From an uncultured Chloroflexia bacterium (GTDB taxonomy: Bacteria > Chloroflexota > Limnocylindria > Limnocylindrales > CSP1-4), in assembly GCA_963766735.1 (NCBI GenBank), contig CAVYBU010000002.1, positions 32,001-96,000 on the forward strand: a stretch of 64,000 nucleotides of DNA, read 5' to 3'. This document shows, one piece after another, positions 31,433-40,770 of this stretch (position 1 is the stretch's first letter; each line of letters begins with the position of its first letter). The notes beneath the pieces are model-generated. The model had not been told where the DNA came from, did not search any database, and worked only from the letters and a program-made list of their open reading frames with translations. Made by a program: the position numbers and the translations under genes.

Positions 31433-32209
31433 GTGAAGGCCCGGCTCCCGTCGCTCGTCCTGGTCGCCCTGCTCCTCGTGGGGTGGGAAGCGTACGTGCG
31501 CGCGGCGGGGGTGAGTCCCGTGGTCCTGCCGGGGCCCGTGCGTATCCTGCAGGCACTGTGGGAGTACCGCGCCGACGCGGTCCGCCACGCCATCCCCACG
31601 CTCATCGAGACCGTGCTCGGGTTCCTGCTGGCGGTGGTCTTCGCCATCGCGTCCGCGGTGGGGATGGACCGGACGCCGATCGTTCGCCGTGCGCTGGAGC
31701 CACTCCTCGTGACCAGCCAGACGATCCCGATCGTGGCCCTGGCGCCCCTGTTCCTGCTCTGGTTCGGGTTCGGCCTTGCCCCCAAGGTGCTGGTGGTGGT
31801 GCTGGTGACCTTCTTCCCGATCGTCGTCGCGCTGCTGGACGGGTTCCGCAGCGCCCAGCCCGAGGCCTCGGACCTGCTCCGCTCCTACGGCGCGTCCGAC
31901 GGGCAGGCGTTCCGCCTCCTCCGGTGGCCGTCCGCCCTGCCCAACCTGTTCATCGGGCTGCGGATCTCCGTGGTGTACGCGGTGATCGGGGCGGTGTTCG
32001 GCGAGTACGTCGGGGCGCGCGAGGGGCTGGGGATCTGGATGCAGATCTCCGCCAACGCGTTCCGGACGGACCTCGTGTTCGCGGCGGTCGTGGTGACATC
32101 CGCGCTGTCGCTGGTCCTGTACTGGGCCGTGGGGGCGCTCCGGCGGATCGTGGTTCCCTGGGCGCCGGGCGTCCGGCACGAGAGGGCGGTGAGCTCGGAG
32201 CCGTTCTGA
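31433..32209 (+). CDS. ABC transporter permease (ThiX/SsuC-like)
   Basis: SQTIPIVALAPL, FFPIVV, EAA-like DLLRSYGAS, GAVFGEYVGAREGLG. Confidence 0.88.
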   Translation: MKARLPSLVLVALLLVGWEAYVRAAGVSPVVLPGPVRILQALWEYRADAVRHAIPTLIETVLGFLLAVVFAIASAVGMDRTPIVRRALEPLLVTSQTIPIVALAPLFLLWFGFGLAPKVLVVVLVTFFPIVVALLDGFRSAQPEASDLLRSYGASDGQAFRLLRWPSALPNLFIGLRISVVYAVIGAVFGEYVGAREGLGIWMQISANAFRTDLVFAAVVVTSALSLVLYWAVGALRRIVVPWAPGVRHERAVSSEPF

Positions 32210-32324
32210 GGCGGCGGAGTGCGCCACGCCATGCCGTGAGATCATCGGCGCCAGTCGGGGGTTGTGCAGACCACGGAGAGCCCCCAGGCCCAGCAACCAG
32301 CGTGCAGTGCGGCGAGGTGCGACG

Positions 32325-33638
32325 GTGGCGGACGCCCGGACGATCGTGTTCTTCCCGGAGGGCGCCTACGGCCCGACGAACAACTGCGCCGGCATCGGCA
32401 GCGTCCTGCGCGCCCGCGGCCATCGGGTCGTGTTCATCCTGGAGGAGAGCTTCGCCGGCAGTCTCGAGGCCAGGGGTTTCGAGGAGCGGCTGATGCGCCT
32501 CGGCCCGCCGCCCGCGGTGCCGGAGGTTCCCGGCCAGTTCTGGATCGACTTCATCCGGGACACGGCGCCGGTGTTCCGCAAACCCACCATCGATCAGCTG
32601 GGCGAGTTCATCGCGCCCACATTCGAGGCCCTCATCGACGGTTCGAAGTACGTCAACCCGCGCATCGAGGAGATCCTGGGGGAGCTCGAGCCGGACGCCA
32701 TCGTCGAAGACAACGTGGTCAGCTTCCCGGCCGTGATGGCCGCCGGCCGTCCGTGGGTCCGCCTCCTGTCCTGCAATCCGGCCGAGGTCAAGGACCCGCT
32801 CGTGGCGCCGTTCTCGTCCGGCTACCCTGCGGCGGACAGGAGCGCATGGCCCGCCTTCCTGGACGAGGTGCGCCGGACCCACGACGACATGTGGTCCGAC
32901 TTCGACGCGTTCTGCCGCGAACACGGCGCGGGTGGCCTGACGTGGGGTGCCAGCGGCCCGGACTTCATGCACGAGTCGCCCTGGCTGAACCTCTACTCCT
33001 ACCCTGCGGAGGTCGACTATGCCCGCGCGAGCCCGCTGCCACTCACCTGGCACCAGCTCGACTCCACGGTCCGCGCCGCCGACACGACCTGGACCCTGCC
33101 GGAGCCGCTCGCGAGTCGTCCCGGGGCGCTCGTCTACCTGTCCCTCGGCTCGCTCGGCGCCGCGGACGTCGGCCTGATGCAGCGCCTCGTGGACGTCCTG
33201 GGCAGGACGGACCACCGGGTCATCGTGTCCATGGGCCCGCTCGCAGACCAGATCCGGCTCCACGACAACATGACCGGCGAGGGCTTCCTGCCGCAGCCCG
33301 CGATCCTGCCCATGGTCGACCTCGTGATCACGCACGGAGGCAACAACACCGTGGTCGAGTGCTTCCACCACGGCAAGCCGATGATCGTGCTGCCGCTGTT
33401 CTGGGACCAGGTGGACAACGCCCAGCGCGTGGACGAGACGGGCTTCGGACGGCGGCTGGCGACCTACGACTTCGCGGAGGACGAGCTGACGGGCGCGATC
33501 GATGCGCTTCTGGCCGATACGGGCCTGCGGGCAAGGATGGCGACGATCGCGGCCCGGATGCAGGCGTCCAAGGGGACCGAGCGCGCCGCGGACCTGATCG
33601 AGCAAGTGGCGATCACCGGGGCGCCGGTGATGTCGTGA
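32325..33638 (+). CDS. Glycosyltransferase family 1 (MGT/UDP-glycosyltransferase-like)
   Basis: VYLSLGSLG, FLPQPAIL, VITHGGNNT, PLFWDQVDNAQR. Confidence 0.88.
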   Translation: MADARTIVFFPEGAYGPTNNCAGIGSVLRARGHRVVFILEESFAGSLEARGFEERLMRLGPPPAVPEVPGQFWIDFIRDTAPVFRKPTIDQLGEFIAPTFEALIDGSKYVNPRIEEILGELEPDAIVEDNVVSFPAVMAAGRPWVRLLSCNPAEVKDPLVAPFSSGYPAADRSAWPAFLDEVRRTHDDMWSDFDAFCREHGAGGLTWGASGPDFMHESPWLNLYSYPAEVDYARASPLPLTWHQLDSTVRAADTTWTLPEPLASRPGALVYLSLGSLGAADVGLMQRLVDVLGRTDHRVIVSMGPLADQIRLHDNMTGEGFLPQPAILPMVDLVITHGGNNTVVECFHHGKPMIVLPLFWDQVDNAQRVDETGFGRRLATYDFAEDELTGAIDALLADTGLRARMATIAARMQASKGTERAADLIEQVAITGAPVMS

Positions 33639-33669
33639 GGCATGTTCCGAGCGCCACGGGCGCCTGACG

Positions 33670-35142
33670 ATGGACCTCCCGAGGGCAGACGTCGCGGCTG
33701 CCGTTCGCGCCCTCGACCCTTCGGACATTGCCGCCCGTCGATGGTTCCTCCAGAAGGGTGAGGTGCCCACCTCCGCGCGCCTTGCCCACGCGTTCTCCCT
33801 CTCGGGCTCGGCCGTGATCGCGCTGGTGGACCTGCGGATGGGCGAGGGGAGCGGCCGGCAGGAGCGCTATGCGATCCCGTTCGTCCGCGACCAGGCCAGT
33901 GGCACCTTCCGCGAGGCGGTCGAGGGTGACGGGGCCTGGCGGGCGCTTGCGGTGGCGATCGCGGAGGGCCGGACGATCCCGGCGCTCCCCCGAGAACCAG
34001 GAGCCGACCCCACCCATGTCGAGGCGGCCCTGATCTGCCGGCCCTCGCCGGGCTTCGCAGCCTCGTGGGCGGGGACGGCGGCGGATCTTGGCGTGGCCGA
34101 CGAGCGCGCTCTCGGCCGCGACCAGTCCAACACCTCGGTGGTGCTGGGCGACGCGCTGCTGCTCAAGGGCTACCGCCGCATCCAGCCGGGTCTCAATCCG
34201 GACCTGGAGCTCACCGCGTACCTCTCGGAGGAGGCCCTGTTCCCCGGCGTCCCGCGCCTCGCCGGCTGGGCGGATGCCGTCACCCGTGACGGCGGTGCCG
34301 CGACTGTGGCCATGCTGGGGGCGTTCATCGCGGACGCGGACGACCTGTACGAGAGCATCGCGGAGCGCCTGGCGATGCTGGTCGCGGCGCTGCACGCGGT
34401 GGACCTGGAGGCTGCCACGGAGGTCGCGGAGGACCTCGGCACGCTCGTGGCCGGCCTCCACGCGGCCCTTGCCTCGCCGCCCGCGGACGCGCCGGACCTT
34501 GCCCCGCGACCCGCCACCCACGATGAGCTCAAGGCCTGGCGTCTGGATGCCCACCGCCAGCTGAACCGCGCCATTCCCGCGGTCGACGCCGTGGATGCCC
34601 AGACCGCCACGGAGCTCCGCCTCGAATCGGCAGCAATCGCCGCCCGCGCCTCGCGCTTCGAGGCCGTGGCGAGCGCCCCGCTGGTCATGAGGATCCACGC
34701 GGACCTGCACCTCGGACAGGTTCTCGTGAGCGAGGACGGCTATCGCATCGTCGACTTCGAGGGCGAGCCGCTGCGGCCCGTCGAGGACCGGCGGCGCCTC
34801 GAGTCCCCGCTGCGGGACGTGGCCTCGATGCTCCGCTCGCTGGATCACGTGGCACGAAGCGCGCGGCGCCGCGCCGAGCGGCGGAACGGCGGCCCGCTGG
34901 AGCGGCCGGGGCTGGACATGGACGCCTGGATCGAGCGGGCGCGCGAACGGTTCCTGGGCGCCTACGCGAAGGGCCTGCACCGGGCCGGCTCACCGATCAT
35001 CCTCGACCTCGACCTCCTCGATGCGTTCGAGGTGGTCAAGGAGACGCACGAGTTCGTCTATGCGGCGGCTGTGCTGCCCTCCTGGCTGTGGGCCCCGCGG
35101 GAGGGGATGCGATGGCTGCTGGCACACGGGGAGGACCGATGA
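33670..35142 (+). CDS. Maltokinase-fold sugar kinase (maltokinase or glucosamine kinase-like)
   Basis: RRWF, DQSNTSVV, LLKGYR, NPDLEL, RIHADLHLGQVL, IVDFEGEP, SPLRDVASMLRS. Confidence 0.8.
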   Translation: MDLPRADVAAAVRALDPSDIAARRWFLQKGEVPTSARLAHAFSLSGSAVIALVDLRMGEGSGRQERYAIPFVRDQASGTFREAVEGDGAWRALAVAIAEGRTIPALPREPGADPTHVEAALICRPSPGFAASWAGTAADLGVADERALGRDQSNTSVVLGDALLLKGYRRIQPGLNPDLELTAYLSEEALFPGVPRLAGWADAVTRDGGAATVAMLGAFIADADDLYESIAERLAMLVAALHAVDLEAATEVAEDLGTLVAGLHAALASPPADAPDLAPRPATHDELKAWRLDAHRQLNRAIPAVDAVDAQTATELRLESAAIAARASRFEAVASAPLVMRIHADLHLGQVLVSEDGYRIVDFEGEPLRPVEDRRRLESPLRDVASMLRSLDHVARSARRRAERRNGGPLERPGLDMDAWIERARERFLGAYAKGLHRAGSPIILDLDLLDAFEVVKETHEFVYAAAVLPSWLWAPREGMRWLLAHGEDR

Positions 35143-36149
35143 ACGACCCGGTCGCAGATCGTGTCGAGGCGTTCCTCTCCGACATCATCGCCGCCCCCGC
35201 GGAGCTGGCCGTCGTCCTGGAGGCCCAGCGCGCTGCCATCCACGACATTCCGCTCGGTGTCACGGCGCGTCCCTCGTGGCGCTTCATCGGAATGGGCAGC
35301 TCGCGGTTCGCTGCTCTCGATGCCGCCGCACGGCTCCGGGCGGTCGGACGGGATGCCCACGCGGAGGCGGCGTCGGCCTCGGGCGGGTCGCCGGGTGGCC
35401 GGGACGTGCTGGTCCTGGCGATCTCTGCATCCGGGCGCACTCGGGAAGTGCTCGACGCGGCGGAGCGGCACCGGGCGTCGTCGTTCGTGCTGGGGCTGAC
35501 GGCGATGTCTGAGTCCCCGCTGGCAGGTGCGGCGGGCGCCGTGGTGCCGCTGCAGGGCGCCCGCGCCGAGACGGCGGGGATCGCATGCCTCACGTACCGC
35601 GGGACCGTGGCGGCGCTGGCCCTGATGGCCGCGGAGGCAGAGCCGGAGCTGGAGGCCGGCGGGATCGCCGGAGCCGCGCCATCTCTGGCGGCGCTGATCG
35701 ACGGGCGCGCCACATGGCTGGACGCCGCCGCGGACATTCTCGACACCGGCCGTGGTATCCACGTCCTTGGCGACGGGCTCCGCGCCGGCACGCTGGAGCA
35801 GGCGGCGCTCATGTTCCGCGAGGCGCCGCGCATCGAGGCCCTGCCGTTCGACACCGGGGACTGGCTGCACGCCGGCCTGTACACGCTGTTCCCGGGCGAT
35901 GCCGTCCTGCTGCTCACGGGCTCGCCCGCGGACGAGGAGGCTGTCGCGATGATCCGCGCCCGGGGTGGTTCGATCGTCTCCGTGGGTGCACCGCGATCCG
36001 ACACGGACGTGTCCGTCGCCCTGCCCGACGCAGCCCTGGCGGATCCGGTGATCCGGGCACTGGTGGAGCCGGCCGTGCCCGAGCTGATCGCGGCGGAGCT
36101 GTGGCGCCGGGTCGGGGCCCGCATGATCCGGGAGTTCCGGTCGACCTGA
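35139..36149 (+). CDS. SIS-domain sugar-phosphate isomerase/deaminase-like protein
   Basis: IGMGSSRFAA, AISASGRTREV, ALMFREAP, DWLH; ATGA overlap with the kinase. Confidence 0.8.
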   Translation: MNDPVADRVEAFLSDIIAAPAELAVVLEAQRAAIHDIPLGVTARPSWRFIGMGSSRFAALDAAARLRAVGRDAHAEAASASGGSPGGRDVLVLAISASGRTREVLDAAERHRASSFVLGLTAMSESPLAGAAGAVVPLQGARAETAGIACLTYRGTVAALALMAAEAEPELEAGGIAGAAPSLAALIDGRATWLDAAADILDTGRGIHVLGDGLRAGTLEQAALMFREAPRIEALPFDTGDWLHAGLYTLFPGDAVLLLTGSPADEEAVAMIRARGGSIVSVGAPRSDTDVSVALPDAALADPVIRALVEPAVPELIAAELWRRVGARMIREFRST

Positions 36150-36202
36150 CGCCACGTCCGCCGGCCGTTTGGCCCGATCGGAGGGGTCCGGGCCGCCGTC
36201 CG

Positions 36203-38149
36203 CTACGCGATGCCCAGCAGCCTTGCCAGCACCGCGCCCACGCCCAGTGCCAGCGCGAGGGACGCGGCGGAGATCAGGAGCGCCGCGCGCCCGCCGAGCT
36301 CGCTGCGCAGGGCCGCCAGCGTCGCGATGCACGGGATCGACAGGCTGGCGACGACCGCGTACACGAACAGCTGGGCCGGCGAGAGCAGTTCGCCGAGGCC
36401 CGCCCGGTGCCCGAGCGACACCGCCGCGAACACGAGCAGCAGCTGCAGGGCCAGCTCCTTGCGCAGAAACGCGAACACGATCGCGACGCCCGCGATTGCC
36501 GGCAGCCCCAGGAGCCCCTCCGTGGCCGGACCCGTGGCGTCGGCGATGACCGTCCACGCCCCCGTCTCGTAGATGAGCCCAAGTACCAACGAGCCGGCGA
36601 GCATGATCGGCGTTGCAGTGACGACGAAGCCCCGGAAGCGCCACCAGGCCTTGGCGCCGACGTGCCGCGCGACCGGCATGCGGAGCGGAGCCAGCTCCAG
36701 GACCAGCGCCGGCTGGCGGCCGGGGACCAGGGCGTTGGCCCCGAGGCCGGCGGCGATCGTCGCCGCTGCAACCACGCCGAAGGCCGCGATCGCCACGGGC
36801 ACGCCCGCGAACGGAGCAAGCGCGGCGATCACGACCGCGGAGCGCGCGGAGCAGGGCGTAAGGGTGATCAGGAACGAGGCCAGGACCCGCTCCCGTCGGG
36901 TCCGCAGCACGCGGGTCCCGTAGATTGCGGGGACGTTGCAGCCGGCCGCGGCGAGGAGTGGGATTGCGGCCCGTCCGGGCAGGCCGAGCACTCCGAACAC
37001 GCGGTCCATGAGGACCGCCGCGCTGGTGAGGTACCCCGAGTCCTCGAGGGCGGCAAGCAGCAGGTAGAACGTCAGGACGTACGGGATACCGACGGCGAGC
37101 ATGCCCAGCATCCCGCCGTCGAGTGCCCAGAGAAGCGAGGACGACAGGATCGGCACGGGTACGAGGGTGGGAATGGCCGCCAGGAGGATCGGGGAGACGA
37201 CGGCGGCCCAGGCGGCGCTCAGCGCCCCGGCTAGCCAGCCACCCGCGAGGATCACCGCCAGGAACGCCGCAAGGCTGATGCCGAGGAACAACGGGATCCC
37301 GGGCCAGGGCGCCGTGGACCACCGTCCGAACCGGTCCGCGAGCGGCTCGGACACGTCCCGGTGCCGTTCGACGTCCGCGGACCATGCCGCGGCGATCGTC
37401 CAGCGCAGCGGCTCCAGCTCCCGGGCGTGCCGTAGCGTCGCCGCGCCACGACCGGAGACCAGGCCGGAGAGCACACCTGCCTGCAGCGGCTCTGCGACGG
37501 CGGCTGCGCCGAGCGAGCGCGGCGGTTCGGCGAGGTCGGCGGCAGTCTCCCGCAGCAGCTGCTCGATTGACCACGAGTAGACCGGAGCCGGGACGGTGGA
37601 TCGCGGCGAGGATGCGCCCTTGCGGACGGCTACTCGCGTCCGCGCCAGGCGGACCACATCGGCCAGAGCCGCATCCACGCCCTCGCCCGTGCGGCCGCAG
37701 GTCGCGTGGACCCGGGCGTTGAGCAGCTGCCCGAGGCGTCCGGTGTCGACCGTGACCCCGCGCTTGTCCGCCTCGTCGGCCAGGTTGGCGGCCAGGACCA
37801 CCGGCAGCCCGAGGTCTCGGCAGGCGAGTGCGAGGGGGAGGTGCCGCTCCAGGTGTCCCGAGTCCGCGACGACGAGGATCGCGTCCGGGGCGGCCTCCAG
37901 CACGAGCTTCCAGAACGGCTCGTTGCCGGCAGGCCGGTCGTCCATGGCGCGGGTCCCCGGGAGGTCGACGAGCCAGGCATCACCGGAGCCCGTCTGCACC
38001 CGCCGTCGCTCGAGTGCAACCGTTGTGCCGGGAGCATTGGCGGTCTCAACGAAGCGCCCGCTGGCCTGCGCCAGGAACGTGGACTTGCCGACGTTGGGGC
38101 GGCCGACAAGGGCGACAACGGGAAGGTCGTCGTCCCGGGCGGACATCAC
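36203..38149 (-). CDS. feoB: Ferrous iron transporter B
   Basis: GRPNVGKST, DLPG, NLAD; LEDSGY, GCNVPA, TPCSARS, LELAPLRMP, LRKE, PCIAT. Confidence 0.92.
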   Translation of the reverse strand: MMSARDDDLPVVALVGRPNVGKSTFLAQASGRFVETANAPGTTVALERRRVQTGSGDAWLVDLPGTRAMDDRPAGNEPFWKLVLEAAPDAILVVADSGHLERHLPLALACRDLGLPVVLAANLADEADKRGVTVDTGRLGQLLNARVHATCGRTGEGVDAALADVVRLARTRVAVRKGASSPRSTVPAPVYSWSIEQLLRETAADLAEPPRSLGAAAVAEPLQAGVLSGLVSGRGAATLRHARELEPLRWTIAAAWSADVERHRDVSEPLADRFGRWSTAPWPGIPLFLGISLAAFLAVILAGGWLAGALSAAWAAVVSPILLAAIPTLVPVPILSSSLLWALDGGMLGMLAVGIPYVLTFYLLLAALEDSGYLTSAAVLMDRVFGVLGLPGRAAIPLLAAAGCNVPAIYGTRVLRTRRERVLASFLITLTPCSARSAVVIAALAPFAGVPVAIAAFGVVAAATIAAGLGANALVPGRQPALVLELAPLRMPVARHVGAKAWWRFRGFVVTATPIMLAGSLVLGLIYETGAWTVIADATGPATEGLLGLPAIAGVAIVFAFLRKELALQLLLVFAAVSLGHRAGLGELLSPAQLFVYAVVASLSIPCIATLAALRSELGGRAALLISAASLALALGVGAVLARLLGIA

Positions 38150-38403
38150 GGGACCTCCGCCGTGGTCGAAACGCGCTGGGCGACGTCCATCGAGAGGGCG
38201 AGCCGGGTCCGTCCCAGCTCGACGATGATGGGCCCGCCCAGCGGTGTCCGAGTCCGTACGACCACGACGCTGCCGGGCAGGAGGCCCTCTTGCTCCAGCT
38301 CGTCCCGCGACGAACCAGACAGGGAGACGATGACCCGGCGCTCACCCGCGAGGACGCGCGAGAGCGGGACGGGGGCGGCGACGGGACGGGTCGTCTGGGA
38401 CAT
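38146..38403 (-). CDS. feoA: Ferrous iron transport protein A
   Basis: GLLPGSVVVV..TPLGGPIIVELG..RLALS; directly upstream of feoB. Confidence 0.88.
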   Translation of the reverse strand: MSQTTRPVAAPVPLSRVLAGERRVIVSLSGSSRDELEQEGLLPGSVVVVRTRTPLGGPIIVELGRTRLALSMDVAQRVSTTAEVP

Positions 38404-38654
38404 CGACGCCAGTAGGCCGTATCAAGGCTCCTTGACAACAGGGACCAAGGGTCCCTGTGTTGAGTGACCGATGTCCCGGACCGCCTGGGCCGCGGTGCCT
38501 GCGTGCAACGGCGAATCTGGGTACGACGCCGCGAAATACCAAGGTTCCGGCCCCCCTGGCACCGGGCCGGCGTCGTCTGGGTAGGGCCGCCGCCGGGCCA
38601 TTTGGGTCCCAAGCCGGGCCGGTCGGCCCTGCCGGGAGCCCCGCGATCCGGGCG

Positions 38655-38703
38655 TAGGATGCGGTAGCTTCGAGTTGGTTTGGTAGGTTTGGGAGGTTTC
38701 GAG
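38655..38703 (+). promoter_or_regulatory. Promoter -10 (TAGGAT) followed by three 9-bp-spaced GGTTT direct repeats
   Basis: TAGGAT at 38655-38660; GGTTT at 38677, 38686 and 38695 in an unusually T-rich patch. Confidence 0.55.
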
Positions 38704-38708
38704 CGGCA

Positions 38709-39401
38709 ATGCCGGCACGTGCAAGCGTGAATGACCCCGGGTGGGTGACGCTCACCGAGGCCTGCCGCATGCTCGGCGTCTCTCCCTCCACCGTCCGTCG
38801 CTGGGCCGACAGTGGCATGGTCCGGACCTTTGTCACACCCGGTGGTCACCGCCGCTTCTCCCGGGCAGGCCTCGAGGCCCTCCTGCCGGACCGCCCAACC
38901 GGTCGCCCGTCCCTGTCGGACCTTGGGGAGACCCCGGGTCGCATGGCCCGCGGGTACCGCCGCGAGACCGACGAGACGACCGGTCATCTCCCGTGGATCG
39001 AGGAGCTTGACGACGCACGTCGCGAGCACTTCCGCAACCACGGGCGGGGGATCGTCACGGCATTGCTCGAGGCGCTGGACACCGACGATCCAGACCTCCG
39101 CGCCGACCTCCTTCATTCCGCCGAGGGATCCTGCACCGAGTACGGCCAGTTCGCCGGTCGAGAGGGCCTCCCGTCCTCCGTCACCGCGGACCTCTTCCTG
39201 CGTTTCCGCCGCCCGTTCCTCGCCGAGCTCGGCGCCCTCGCCCGGCGCCGCGAGCTCGACGCCTCCGCCACGTCCACACTGATCGCCGAGGCCAACACGG
39301 CTCTCGACGGCCTCCTCCTGGCGACGCTCCGCGGCTGGGAGGCCGCGGCACCGGGAGCCGGCCGCCGTCCGCGCCGCAAGGTCGCGTCCCCAGCGTCCTG
39401 A
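38709..39401 (+). CDS. Xis/BldC-like (MerR-type) HTH regulator with C-terminal all-helical putative sensor domain
   Basis: WVTLTEACRMLGVSPSTVRRWADSG...TPGGHRRF; C-terminal amphipathic helices with EYG...G...LFLRFRRP; alternative start 38727. Confidence 0.8.
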   Translation: MPARASVNDPGWVTLTEACRMLGVSPSTVRRWADSGMVRTFVTPGGHRRFSRAGLEALLPDRPTGRPSLSDLGETPGRMARGYRRETDETTGHLPWIEELDDARREHFRNHGRGIVTALLEALDTDDPDLRADLLHSAEGSCTEYGQFAGREGLPSSVTADLFLRFRRPFLAELGALARRRELDASATSTLIAEANTALDGLLLATLRGWEAAAPGAGRRPRRKVASPAS

Positions 39402-39423
39402 CCACCAACCCAGGAGCCGAATC

Positions 39424-40755
39424 GTGACCGTCCCGAACCCTGTCCGCGCCGTCAACCCCCATCATGGAGACGGGCACCCGATGACCGAGGACGGCGATCC
39501 CGCCTTCGACCTCATGCACGGGCACCCCGGTCTGCTGCCCGCCGACCTGCCGCCCGACCTGCGCCTGGTCGCCCTGGTTGTCCACGCGCGTGACGTCCCG
39601 AGCGAAGCTCGCGAGGCGTTCGGTGATGAGGCTGAGGCGATCGCGCATGACCCGCGGGCGATCCTGCTCCGAACCTGCCACCGGGTCGAGCTGTACGTGA
39701 CCGGTGAGGCTGTTGCGGGCCGGGCGCCGCTGGCGCTGCCGGCCCTGCCCGAGGGTGGACGGCGTCTCGAGGGCGCCGATGCAGCACGTCACGTGCTCAT
39801 GGTGGCAGCCGGACTCGACAGCGTGGTCGTGGGCGAGGACCAGGTCCTCCACCAGCTCCGCGAGTGCGTCGCCGATCGGCATCTGCCGGAGGCCGGCAGA
39901 TGCCCGGTCGACGTGGGGTCCTCGAGCCCGCAGGCGCCCGTGCTGGAGCCGCTGCTCGAGCGGCTGCTCCAGGTCGCGCTCCACCTGGGGCGCGAGACGC
40001 GATCGTGGCGCGACGGCCCGCCGCGCTCGTTGGGCGACGTTGCGCTCGACCGGATCCTGCCTGTCACGGGACCGCTCCTGGGGCGCCGGGTGCTCGTCGT
40101 CGGCGCCGGCCGCATGGCCCGCCTGGCCGCTTTGGCCGCGGCTCGGAACGGCGCCCGGGTCATGGTCGCGAACCGTGGCGCCGACCGTGCCGTCGCGCTT
40201 GCGCACGAGGCGAACGGCGAGCTCGCCCCGTTCGGCCCGGCGGCACCGCTGCCGAAGGCCGACGCCGTCATCCTCGCGATCTCCGCCACCTGGCCCCTCT
40301 CGCCGGTCGCCCGTGACGATCTGCTCGCCGGCACCTGCCCCGTGATGGATCTCTCGTCCCCGCCAGCCGTCGACCCCGACCTCCGACGAGCCCTCGCGGA
40401 GCGCTACACGTCGGTGGACGACCTCGCCCGCACCCCGCGGGGCGACATCGGCCCCCGAGCCGAGCGCCGTTACCAGCGCGCCGTCGACGCGGCGTTGACC
40501 GGTTTCAGCCACTGGGTACGTGCCCGGTCCTCGGTGCCGGTGATCCGGGCGCTGAGCGAGCTCGCCGAGGACCGTCGGGCGGAGGAGGTGGACAGGATCA
40601 TGCGGCGCCTGGACCTCCCCGAGCACCAGCGCGCCCTGGTGGTCCAGATGAGCCACCGGCTGGTCGCGGGGCTGCTCCACGCCCCCCTGGTCGCATTGCG
40701 CGAGGACACGAGCGGCCATGCCGAGCGTGCGGCGCGGTCCCTGTTCGATCTCTAG
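39424..40755 (+). CDS. hemA: Glutamyl-tRNA reductase (divergent)
   Basis: TCHRVELY, VAAGLDSVVVGEDQVLHQ, VVGAGRMA, ANRG, LLHAP; first enzyme of the hem operon. Confidence 0.85.
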   Translation: MTVPNPVRAVNPHHGDGHPMTEDGDPAFDLMHGHPGLLPADLPPDLRLVALVVHARDVPSEAREAFGDEAEAIAHDPRAILLRTCHRVELYVTGEAVAGRAPLALPALPEGGRRLEGADAARHVLMVAAGLDSVVVGEDQVLHQLRECVADRHLPEAGRCPVDVGSSSPQAPVLEPLLERLLQVALHLGRETRSWRDGPPRSLGDVALDRILPVTGPLLGRRVLVVGAGRMARLAALAAARNGARVMVANRGADRAVALAHEANGELAPFGPAAPLPKADAVILAISATWPLSPVARDDLLAGTCPVMDLSSPPAVDPDLRRALAERYTSVDDLARTPRGDIGPRAERRYQRAVDAALTGFSHWVRARSSVPVIRALSELAEDRRAEEVDRIMRRLDLPEHQRALVVQMSHRLVAGLLHAPLVALREDTSGHAERAARSLFDL

Positions 40756-40770
40756 CTGGTGATGCGTCCC

